From Ascoidea asiatica JCM 7603 (Eukaryota > Fungi > Ascomycota), in contig BCKQ01000001.1 of NCBI GenBank assembly GCA_001600695.1, forward strand, positions 911,114-975,113: a stretch of DNA of 64,000 bases. The letters are read 5' to 3'. Below, piece by piece: positions 36,641 to 47,000 of the stretch. The translations under genes were made by a program, and so were the position numbers. The number at the start of each line of letters is the position of its first letter. Position 1 is the stretch's first letter. A model generated the notes under the pieces. That model had not been told where the DNA came from. It did no database searches and saw nothing but the letters and a program-made list of their open reading frames with translations.

Positions 36641-39600
36641 TTATGAAAATGCTTGAAAATATTTTAAAAAATCATTTATATCAAAATTTGTTTCTTCAAA
36701 ATATCCTTCATCAAAAATTTCATTATTAAATTCATTATTAAATCCATTATTAAGTTCATTACTTATTTCATTACTAATCTCATTACTTAGTCTATTATTA
36801 AGTCTATTACCAAGTCCATTATTAAAATCATTATTAGGTCCATTATCAAGTCCATTGTTTAATCCATTATTAAAGCTATTTCCAAAAATTGGAATTTCAT
36901 TATTTACATTATTATTACTATTTCCACTTATAAACCCATTACTAATTGAATTATTATTCATATTATCATACAAATTCCTATTATAATTATTATTATTATT
37001 ATTATTATTATTTTTACTATTGATATTATTTGTAATATTACCAAATTGACTATTACCAAATTGATTAGATGTTGAATAATTAAAATTATTATTCAAATTT
37101 AGTGAACTTCTTAATGTTGAAATATTATTAACTACCATTGGCGCTTGAGGTTGTGGTATTGGTGGTTGATCAGTTAATCTATCCACATATCCTGATTGCG
37201 AAAACTTGAAATTATTTAAAGTATTTAAATTACTCAAATTATTATTATTCTGATTTATTAATTCATTTTCTTTATTCATTCTCATCATTCTAAGTTCTGT
37301 TAAATCTTTATTATTACTATTGATATCATAATTATTACTTAAGGATTTAGTTATCGGAATTATTGGTTTTCTTTTAATATTATCGATAGCATTAGACATA
37401 ATTCTAGGTGAACTATTTTTTGACATATCTGAAGAATTCTCATTTCTAAATACAGCAGGTAACGTTCGAGATATTTCTGAACATGAATTATTTTTATCCT
37501 TATCACAATTTATATTATTTTTTAAATCATTAAAGCCCTTATCATTTTTGAGTCTAAATTTTTTCTTTTTCTTTAAATAATTATAAAATTGATAATTAAT
37601 ATTATAACAAACAAAAAATGAATAATAAGATTTTAAATCTTTTCCAATAACATTTTGAAAAAAACCAAAAAAAAATTCATTTAATTCATTTTTCTTTTCA
37701 TGAAAATTATAACAAATATAATTATCATGAAAATTATTAAGATTTTCATAATTTTTATTTGGATCATCTGGATTAATTTCCCATAAATTTTTACTAAAAC
37801 AGATTTCTTCCATTTCTTCTAAAGTTAATTCATATATTGGTTTATTTGTTTTGAAAATTTCACCTTTAAGTTTAATTTTTTGTTGTAAAAAAATATTTGA
37901 ATAAAAATATGTGGCAGCTCTAACAGAAATTCTTTTAATATATGGAAATAAATAAATTTTTAAAAATGGACGATTAATTTTTTTTATCATTGAAAGACAA
38001 GCTTCAGAAACTTTTATACAAAATATTGAAAAATTTGTAGTTTGATTTCTATAGTAATTTTCTAAATTATTTAAAAATTCAGTATTTTTAAATTTATTTT
38101 CACTTTTTGAATAATTTCTTATATTTAAAAGTAACAAATTAAAAATTGTGAAAATGGTATCAATTAATTGCAATTGTTTTCTAATTAATTTTGCAGATGT
38201 TACAATTTCATCAACTATAAAAGATTGAATATCATTATCATTTTCAGAATTCGAATTTGAACTTGAATATTTTTTTTTTAAACTTTTAGTTATTTCTTTA
38301 ATTTTTTCAGAAATTGGTTTGAATAAAGATTTATTTAAATAAGTTAAGATTAATTCATGAACTGAAATTTCTAATTTATTTGAAGTTATTAATAAATCAT
38401 CTCTATTTTGTAAAGTTAATAATAAATCTATAATGTTTTTATATTGATATAAAATAACACTATAAATTAAATATTGTCCATCATTATTATCATTATTTTT
38501 GTTAACTTTAGAATTTATTAAAATATCATCAAAATTATTAGAATTTATTAATAGAGGATAACCAAGATCAAAAGATCTATGAATATCAGATTCCAAAATA
38601 AACAACCAAATTTGATTAATTGAATTAATTAATTTTTTTTTTTGAATTAATTGATTTGGTAAATTATTTAAATTGAATGAAAAAGTTTGTAATTTTAGAT
38701 TTTCAAAATCTTTACCATAAATTAATTCTTGATTTTTAGATAAACCCATTTGAATAGCCATATTATAAACAAGAGTAAAAAGTAAAGAACCATTTGCAGA
38801 ATCACCACCATCACCATCATCAGGATGATAAGTTTTATGTAATCTTAAAAATAATAAAGTTTGTAAAGAATGTAAAGAAGTATTTTTGAAAAAATTTGAA
38901 AAAGATAGACAATTTTCAACATATAAAATTAATTCATTATCATTATCAGATTTGTTAGGTTTATTTGAATTTGAATTAATTGTTGTATTTGTAAAAGTTG
39001 AAACAAATTTAAGTAATATTAAAATTAAAGATAATTTGCTATAATCAACTCTTTTATTAATAATAATTATTTTAAAATCATTTTTATCAGATTGAGCTTG
39101 ATATTGAATTTTTGGAATTGGATCATTGATTGGTAATTTAAAAGGTATTTGATCAACAATATTAGTTGTTGTATTTTTATTATTATTATTGTTATCAATT
39201 TTTATAAAAATATCATTAAAAATGGCCATGATATAGTCTTCATAAACCAAAGGAAAAATTTTATTTAAACCAATTTTAAAGAATTTTTTTAATAATAAAA
39301 TTAAATTATTAAAATTTGGTAAAAAATCAATTAAATTTTTTAAAAATTGAATATTATTTGAATAAAAGTCAAAATTGAATAAATTATTTGTATTTGAATT
39401 TAAAAATGGAAAATAAGTATTAAATTTTAAAATTTTTTTATTTGATTTAAATTTTTTTCTTTGTTTATTTGTTGCAGTATGCATAATATGATAAATTTTT
39501 GAATAAAATGGATCCATATCAATTATACTTCTATAAGAAGTAATACCATAATATATTAATCTATTTTGTTTTTGAAGAATTGAATTAAAATTATTTAAAG

Positions 39601-40321
39601 CTATACTTATATTATTATTTGTTTCTTTTTTATTATTTGTAGAAGTTTGATTAAACTTAAGATATTTTGAATTTAAAGATAATAAATTATTATTTAATAG
39701 TATATTTTTATTTGTTAAATCATTTACTTTTGATTTTAATAGATTATTTTCATTTTTTAAACTATTTAATTCATTCAATGTCTTTTCTAATAAATTTTGG
39801 TTATCAGTATTGTAATAATTAATATTTTGATTCCAATTATTTGATATGGAATTTCTTGGAGATGAATATGTATCAGTTATTGAATTGGTTCTGATATTAA
39901 GATTGCCTTTACTGGTATTATTAATGGTATTGGTATTGGCATTAATATTGGCATTGGCATTATTATTATGATTATTATCAGTATTTGAATCTTTAGGAGA
40001 GAATATCTCATCAGCTTTGTAAATACATAAAGATTGATGTATACCTTTTTCTTTGCAACTTGAACATGGTTTGTTTCTATCACATTTAATTTTTCTCTTT
40101 CTGCATAAACTGCAAGATATTGGAATTCTCTTTCTTCGTCTTTTTCTTTGGCTATCACTCTCATTTAAAATGGTATTCTTCTCCTGGGAAAGAGCAACTT
40201 GAACTAGTTCTCCTTCACGAGCATCACGACCATCAATGACAATGGAAGAATCAGGACCATCCTGACCTTCATGGGTATCAGTATCACCAGGAGTATTGCT
40301 TTCAGCTTGCATTTTGTTCAT
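36641..40321 (-). CDS. Zn(II)2Cys6 transcription factor, Yrr1/Yrm1/Mrr1-like
   Basis: CSLCRKRKIKCDRNKPCSSCKEKGIHQSLC, coiled coil, YYGITSYRS and DDGDGGDS...MAIQMGL blocks, N-rich C-terminus with 4-aa NNGL/SNEI repeats and an acidic-aromatic tail. Confidence 0.85.
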   Translation of the reverse strand: MNKMQAESNTPGDTDTHEGQDGPDSSIVIDGRDAREGELVQVALSQEKNTILNESDSQRKRRRKRIPISCSLCRKRKIKCDRNKPCSSCKEKGIHQSLCIYKADEIFSPKDSNTDNNHNNNANANINANTNTINNTSKGNLNIRTNSITDTYSSPRNSISNNWNQNINYYNTDNQNLLEKTLNELNSLKNENNLLKSKVNDLTNKNILLNNNLLSLNSKYLKFNQTSTNNKKETNNNISIALNNFNSILQKQNRLIYYGITSYRSIIDMDPFYSKIYHIMHTATNKQRKKFKSNKKILKFNTYFPFLNSNTNNLFNFDFYSNNIQFLKNLIDFLPNFNNLILLLKKFFKIGLNKIFPLVYEDYIMAIFNDIFIKIDNNNNNKNTTTNIVDQIPFKLPINDPIPKIQYQAQSDKNDFKIIIINKRVDYSKLSLILILLKFVSTFTNTTINSNSNKPNKSDNDNELILYVENCLSFSNFFKNTSLHSLQTLLFLRLHKTYHPDDGDGGDSANGSLLFTLVYNMAIQMGLSKNQELIYGKDFENLKLQTFSFNLNNLPNQLIQKKKLINSINQIWLFILESDIHRSFDLGYPLLINSNNFDDILINSKVNKNNDNNDGQYLIYSVILYQYKNIIDLLLTLQNRDDLLITSNKLEISVHELILTYLNKSLFKPISEKIKEITKSLKKKYSSSNSNSENDNDIQSFIVDEIVTSAKLIRKQLQLIDTIFTIFNLLLLNIRNYSKSENKFKNTEFLNNLENYYRNQTTNFSIFCIKVSEACLSMIKKINRPFLKIYLFPYIKRISVRAATYFYSNIFLQQKIKLKGEIFKTNKPIYELTLEEMEEICFSKNLWEINPDDPNKNYENLNNFHDNYICYNFHEKKNELNEFFFGFFQNVIGKDLKSYYSFFVCYNINYQFYNYLKKKKKFRLKNDKGFNDLKNNINCDKDKNNSCSEISRTLPAVFRNENSSDMSKNSSPRIMSNAIDNIKRKPIIPITKSLSNNYDINSNNKDLTELRMMRMNKENELINQNNNNLSNLNTLNNFKFSQSGYVDRLTDQPPIPQPQAPMVVNNISTLRSSLNLNNNFNYSTSNQFGNSQFGNITNNINSKNNNNNNNNNYNRNLYDNMNNNSISNGFISGNSNNNVNNEIPIFGNSFNNGLNNGLDNGPNNDFNNGLGNRLNNRLSNEISNEISNELNNGFNNEFNNEIFDEGYFEETNFDINDFLKYFQAFS

Positions 40322-40640
40322 GTTGGTACTGCTGGAATTAAGTAACTTCAGCGCTTAGCCAATTCATCTAGTGACTTTTATTTAATGCTATATATCTCAG
40401 TGAGGACCTTCCATAAACAAGAAGCAGTTAGTATTTATTGTCTTGATTCAATCTCTGTTGGATATAATCTTGATCTGCTGATATTTAATTGGTTTCTGAA
40501 CTGATGAATAACAATAAAGGATTAATAAAACAACAACAAAAGAAGAAAAGATTGCTGCTTCTTCTTCTTCTTCTTCTTCTTCTTCTTCTCGTTTTCTCGT
40601 TTTCTTCTTTTTCTTAACCGCCGACACTTTTCCTCTTTCA

Positions 40641-40661
40641 GAGACCATTTTCCCGGGTCTT
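40641..40661 (-). promoter_or_regulatory. AAGACCCG-N6-TGGTCTC element in the Zn-cluster/RIX1 divergent promoter
   Basis: Plus strand GAGACCA-ttttcc-CGGGTCTT. Nearly identical to unit 4 of the GCN1 array. Confidence 0.45.
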
Positions 40662-40899
40662 CTTCCTTTTTTCCTTTCTCGATAAAAAAATATTTTCATT
40701 TTTTTTTCACTTTGAGATTTGTTTGTTTTGTTTGTAATTGAAGAGCTTGAACATTTATTTTCATTTATATTCATTTATATTCATTTATATTCATTTATAT
40801 TGATTTGTATTTATATTCTTAACTATATTCATATTGATCTAGTTCTAGTTCTATATCTTGTAATAGCTTTGAGATAATCGAGATATCGTTGGAAGTAAA

Positions 40900-43398
40900 A
40901 TGGAGTCTGCTTATATTACCACTATTCTTTCTCAATTGGAAACTACAAAACCTCCAAAGGATTTCACTTCAATTATAAAACTTTTAAATTCAACTAATTT
41001 TTTAAGTAATTGTTCTGAACAAAATTTAAATCATTTAATTAAAAGATCTTTAAATTTTATAAATTCTTCTGATATATATTCTCAATGGTGTGGTATAAAT
41101 TTATTTAGATCTTTATCTTATAATCCAATTTGTTTATCATTTTCAAATAATATTATTAAATCAATTTCAAAATTATTAAATAATTTATATTCAAATTATA
41201 ATAAGTTTCAATTTTTTAATAATAAATTTTTATCTTTATTACTTTCAAATATTTGTGAATGTTTGATAATTTTAATTATAAATTTAAAAAATAAAAAAAA
41301 TTTAATTAGAGAAATTTTAAAACCAAATTTACAATTTATTATTTTAAATTTAATTCAATTAATTGATTATAATCCAAAAATTACTTTAAAAACTTTAATT
41401 TTTTTAATTAATTATTATCCAATTACTTTTAGACCATATACTAAAAATTTTCAGAAAAAATTATTTAATTTAATTTTAATATCTTCAGATACTTTTGAAT
41501 TCAATCAAGATGAAAATAATGAAGATATTATAACTTTAGTTTCTGATGCAATTGCTTCAATTCATTTAACAAATCAAAATTCACCTTCTGATCAATTTAC
41601 TTTTGAAATTTATTCATTAATTTCTGAATTAAAATCTCTTATAGATTTAGTTTTTACTGAATTTTTAGATAATAATAATAATGATAATTATTTAAATAAT
41701 TTAATTCAATCTTTACCAAATATTGATAATATTTCAAATAATAATAATAATAACAATAATAATGACTTATTTATAAAATTTCCTCAATTAAATTTAGATT
41801 TAAATGATTTTTCATCATTATTAAAATTATCAAATAGATTTAAAATTATTTTAAATTTATTAAATTCATTCATAAAAATTTCTTCTTCAAATTCTCAATC
41901 AATATTAATAATTTATAAAATTCCAATGAATTTATTTATAAATATTTCTGAGATATTATTAAATATAAATTCAAAAAATCATATTAATTTTTATAAAAAA
42001 TTTTTAATTAATGATAATTCAAATTCAAATTTAAATTTAAGATTTAATTTAAATACAATTTTTATTAAAATTCAATCATTTTCTTTAAAATTTTTAAATA
42101 ATTTATTAAAAAATTCAAATTTTATTAAAAATTCTTTATTACTTTATTATAATAGAATTTTTCAATTTATTGAATTAATTATACCATTTGAAACAAATAT
42201 TATAAAAAATATTAATAAAAAGAGTAATAAAAATAAAAATAAAAATAAAAAATTTGGTAATAAAAAATTAGATAAAGAAAGAATTTTATTTAATGAAAAT
42301 GAAATTTTAGAATTATTATCTTTAATTACAAATTTATTAAATTTAATTGATGATAGTAATTTAAATTATCAAGATTATAATATTGTTATTTTAAAAAGTA
42401 TTGAAATTGCTTTATTCTTTTTTGAACCAAGATCTTATATCAATAGTAATAATAATAATACTAATAGTACTAATAATGGTGATAACAATATTAATAGTAA
42501 TAATATGAGTAAAAAGACTAAAAGGAAGAATAAAAGTAAAAATAAAAATAATTTAAATTCAATACCATTATCAGATTTATTAATGAATCCAGATTATTTT
42601 TTTAAACCAATTTCAAATAAAAGTAAAGAGATTATTTTAAATTTTTTTGAAAAAATTATTAAAATTTTCACAAATTTACCAATTACTCAATATACATTAA
42701 TTTTAAGATTAATAATTTTATTAAAAATTAAAGAAATTAAAAATAATGAAATTGATAAAAAATTAATAAAAATTTTAAAAAATTTTATTTTATATCCAAA
42801 TGAAAAAGAAAAAATTTCTATAGCTGGAATTTTATTAAATTTATTAAAAGATGATTATAAAAGTGATAAACTTTTAAGTTTATTTATTAATCCAAGAATG
42901 CCATTAGGTTGTCAAAATTTTGAAAATTCTCAAAGTTCAAATAATGTTTATTTATTAAATCAATTATCAATCAATGATGAAGAAGAGGATAGTGAAGAAG
43001 AAGAAGATGATGAAGATGATGATAATGAAGAGAATGATAAAGAAGAAGGAAAAACAGAAGGAATGGAGATTGATGAAATGAATGAAATAAAAGAAGAATC
43101 TGCACCAAAAAGACGTAAACTTGAAAATAAACCTTTTGGAAAGAATGATGAAGATTTAAGTAATGATCTTAATGATAATATTGAAAGTCATCCTATAGAA
43201 AATATTTCACAAGAGAATAATCAAATTGAATCATTTTCTGAGAAAGGTACTCTAGATTTAATTGAGGAAGTTGTCGAGACTGCAGAAGCAGGAGAAGAAG
43301 AACAAGAAGAAGAGGAAGTGAAATTGAATTTGGATTCAGACTCAGACTCAGACTTTGAAATGCCAACGTTGGATACAGCTTTAAGTGACAGTGATTGA
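40900..43398 (+). CDS. RIX1: Pre-rRNA processing protein Rix1 (PELP1 family)
   Basis: QWCGINL, LIREILKPNL, YPITFRPY, LFINPRMP, acidic C-terminal tail ending FEMPTL. Confidence 0.85.
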   Translation: MESAYITTILSQLETTKPPKDFTSIIKLLNSTNFLSNCSEQNLNHLIKRSLNFINSSDIYSQWCGINLFRSLSYNPICLSFSNNIIKSISKLLNNLYSNYNKFQFFNNKFLSLLLSNICECLIILIINLKNKKNLIREILKPNLQFIILNLIQLIDYNPKITLKTLIFLINYYPITFRPYTKNFQKKLFNLILISSDTFEFNQDENNEDIITLVSDAIASIHLTNQNSPSDQFTFEIYSLISELKSLIDLVFTEFLDNNNNDNYLNNLIQSLPNIDNISNNNNNNNNNDLFIKFPQLNLDLNDFSSLLKLSNRFKIILNLLNSFIKISSSNSQSILIIYKIPMNLFINISEILLNINSKNHINFYKKFLINDNSNSNLNLRFNLNTIFIKIQSFSLKFLNNLLKNSNFIKNSLLLYYNRIFQFIELIIPFETNIIKNINKKSNKNKNKNKKFGNKKLDKERILFNENEILELLSLITNLLNLIDDSNLNYQDYNIVILKSIEIALFFFEPRSYINSNNNNTNSTNNGDNNINSNNMSKKTKRKNKSKNKNNLNSIPLSDLLMNPDYFFKPISNKSKEIILNFFEKIIKIFTNLPITQYTLILRLIILLKIKEIKNNEIDKKLIKILKNFILYPNEKEKISIAGILLNLLKDDYKSDKLLSLFINPRMPLGCQNFENSQSSNNVYLLNQLSINDEEEDSEEEEDDEDDDNEENDKEEGKTEGMEIDEMNEIKEESAPKRRKLENKPFGKNDEDLSNDLNDNIESHPIENISQENNQIESFSEKGTLDLIEEVVETAEAGEEEQEEEEVKLNLDSDSDSDFEMPTLDTALSDSD

Positions 43399-43509
43399 AG
43401 AGAAATAAATAAAAAAATAGACTTGTAAAAGGAAATAAAAAAGTGAAATTTAAAAGTTTCGTACGCAAATAAAGCCTTAACTATGTAGAATAACTGAGAT
43501 ACCAGGAGA

Positions 43510-43641
43510 ACCATAAACGTGGTCTCATTAATAAAAAGTTTCCATAAAAATGGTCTCAAACTAGGATGCCCTTAGTTCTGGTCTCTAACAACAAGACCCA
43601 ATAAAATGGTCTCACATCAAAAGTACCAAATATTTGGTCTC
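43510..43641 (+). repeat. Phased array of five CC(A/T)-N6-TGGTCTC elements
   Basis: GGTCTC at 43521, 43552, 43580, 43608 and 43636 (periods 31, 28, 28, 28). Each copy reads CCA/CCT-N6-TGGTCTC. The linkers are unrelated to each other. Confidence 0.9.
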
Positions 43642-43747
43642 ATGCATTTCAACGTCTTTAAGTGTATGACTTACGTTTTTTCACCTGAATAGGAGTGACC
43701 CACTGCGCTGGTTTTTTGTGTGCTGTGTTTTTGCTGTGGCGAGGAAC

Positions 43748-43757
43748 TGAAAATTTT
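43748..43757 (+). promoter_or_regulatory. RRPE-like element upstream of GCN1
   Basis: TGAAAATTTT at the downstream edge of the GC island. Weak evidence in an AT-rich genome. Confidence 0.3.
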
Positions 43758-44045
43758 CAAGCTTCAGATTTCAAATCACTCTCAAATCAAAGCTGGAGCT
43801 GGAGTTGAATTTGAAACAACCTTTATTTTTGATTCAATTGATTAATTTGATTCATTCACTTCAATTCAATTCAATTCACTTTTATTTCATTCATTTATCA
43901 ATCTTTAAAGAAAAGAATCAACTATTCAAAGTAATTTATCCTTTGAATCATTACAATATCAAAGAATCAATTCCATATATATATTGTTTTCATTCTTTAA
44001 ATTAGATTATGGATTCAAAAAAATAATTTCAAAATATTTTTAAAA

Positions 44046-47000
44046 ATGGACGAAAAGAAACAAATAATTAATGAAAATAATAATGAAAATAATAATGAAA
44101 ATAATGAAATTAGTAATGACAATGAATTAAATTTAAATTGGTCAGATATATCTAATGAACTTTTAACTAAAAATTTATTCAATTCTTCAATTTCTTTAAA
44201 AATTTCAACTTTGAAAAATTTAATCATTTTAATCAATGATCATAATAAAGAAATACAAAATAATAATAAGAATGATAATATTGAAGAAATTGATAAGAAA
44301 ATAAAAATTGTAATTAAAATTTTACTTATAAATTATAATAAATTTGATTCTTCTTTAATAATTAATAATTTATTATTTAATAATTTATTACCTTTAATTT
44401 ATAAAATTAATTTAAATTTTAAAAAAATTATTATAACTTATTTATATGATTATATAAAAAATTCAAATTTAAAATCAATTTCAATTAATGATTTATTATC
44501 TTTATTTAATTTAATTAATAATAATTTATTACCTTTAATAAATAAAAATGATTTATTAATTAATTCAAATTTAATTGAGAAATTATTATTATCAAATTTT
44601 AATTTAATTAATTATATAATTCATTCAAATTTTAATTCTTTAAATTTTATAAATTTAAATAATCCTTTTAAATTTAATCCAAATTTAATTCCAATAAATT
44701 TAAATTCAATCTCAAGTCATAAAAAAAGAATAAATAATTCAATTATTGCAAATTCAATAAAAGAATTAAATAATTTATTAATTTCCATAGGTACTGATTT
44801 TATTGATTTTTATTTATCTATTTTCTTAGAAAATAATTTAAATACTTCAACAAAATTATTATCTTTAACAATCTTATTAAATTCTTCAAATCAAATTTAT
44901 CCAGAATCTCCAATAATTTTAAATTATTTGAAAAATTCTAAAAATTCAAAATTCATAAATTCAATTATACAATTTTATAATAATGAAATTCTTTTATCGA
45001 AATTTAACCTTTTATCATTTTTTTATATTAAATTTAATCAAATTTTCTTCACTGTTTATTTCAATGATTTTAATCAATTCAATTTAAAAATTTTACCAAC
45101 TTTAATTAAAGCTTCTTTAAGATCTCCAGAATTAATTTATGGTCATTTATCTCAGAATATTTTTGAAATTTTTTGTAATATTAATGCCAATATAAACATT
45201 AAACAAGACTTTAATAAAGATATTGAATCAAATTATTCAAAATTAATCTCAAATTTATTATCAAATTTTAAAAATTCAAATGATTTTATAAGATCTGGTT
45301 CAAAATTTACTTTATTAAATATTTTAAATTATGATTTATCTAAAAAAAATTATAATTTTATCATTTCAAATTTAAATACTTTATTCAATTCATTAAAATT
45401 AATTTCAAATTCTGATTTTAAAATCATTTATTATGATTTATTATTTAACTTAGATTTATCAAATGACAACATTGATATATCTAATTTAATTATTTCAAAA
45501 TTATCAATAATTATTATTAAAGATCAAAATGAATTATCTTTAAATTCTTCTCTTTTATGTTTTTTTAAAAATTTCTTAGTTTTATTTGATAATAATAATA
45601 ATAATGATAAAAAAGATATTGAAAATTTTTCAAATTATGAAAAAATTATTAAAAATGGTTTAAACGATAAAAAATTAAATTTAAGAAAAATTTGGTTTTC
45701 ATCATTTATTAAAACTCTTTTAAATTATAATTTTAATTTACTTTCCGCAGAAAATTTAAATTTTGATAAATTTTTATTAAATATTTTACCAATTTTAATC
45801 TCAAATTTTAATGAATTTATTAAAAATCCTTTTCAATTTCAAACTTCAAAAGGTATTTCAATATTTTATTCAATTTTATCTTTATCTTCAAATTTACTAA
45901 AATTTTCAAAAAATCTCGAAATTAAAAATATTTTAATCAAAGAAAATTTTTTTCAAAAATCTTTTAACTCAATTAAATCTTCTACAACTAATATAATAAC
46001 ATCTCCAATTTTATTTAATTCTAAGATATATACTAAATTAATCGATCAAGATGAAATTAATTGGTTTTCGACTGCTTTATTTTATTCTTTAGATCAATTT
46101 AATACAAATAATTATGATGATCCATTAACTTTATCAAATTATGGTATTTCTTGGTTATATTTATTTTTAAGTAAAAATATTGATTTTAATTTAAGAAATT
46201 TTTCAAATAATTTAATCAAAAAAGCTCATTGTTCAAATGATCTAAAAATTCAATCTTTGATTTCAAATTGTATAACAAATGGATTTTTAGAAGTTTTTAA
46301 AAATTCAAACGATTATTTAAGTAATGATTCAAAATTTAATTTTAATTTAAAACTTGTATCATCTGTAGTCAATAATATTACTGAGAATAACGACAAGATA
46401 ATTGATCAAAAAATATTAAATCAAACATTAAAAGATTTATTAATTATTTCTCATTTTGATACAATCTCTATTAAAAATGGTTGGGTTGGTATTTGTCAAA
46501 GATCAAAAATGGACCCTGGTAATTTAATAAGAGAAGATAGTAAAAATATCATCTCCAATTGTACAAATTTATTACTTCAAACATCTAATGATTCTCTTTT
46601 ATATAAAGCTATAATTGATTCCATTTCAATGGCAGCTTTTGTTTGTCCTGAAGAAGTTGGAACTTTAATTAATGAACTTATTATTGAAGATGTTTCTACC
46701 AACAGACTAGAATCTTTATCTGATACTAATATCGAGATTTGGAAAGCCAAGGAAGGTGAATTAATTATTGATCCATTGATCAAAAAATCTAAATATGGTG
46801 AAAATAAAAATACAAAAGATTACGAACTTAAAAAGTGGGAAGAAAGTGTTAGAAAAGAAGCAGCAAAGAAAAATAATACTCAAAAGTCAAAAAAATTATC
46901 AAAAGAAGAACAAATTATAGTCAATGAGGAACTACAAAAAGAAAAAAAAATCCGTGAAAAAATCGATGATAATTTTAAACATTTAAATCGTGGGTTTGAA

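Noticed and set aside
43510-43641. CRISPR-like interpretation of the GGTCTC array
   Set aside because: Eukaryotic context, only ~10 conserved bases per unit, 28-bp period and no cas genes.
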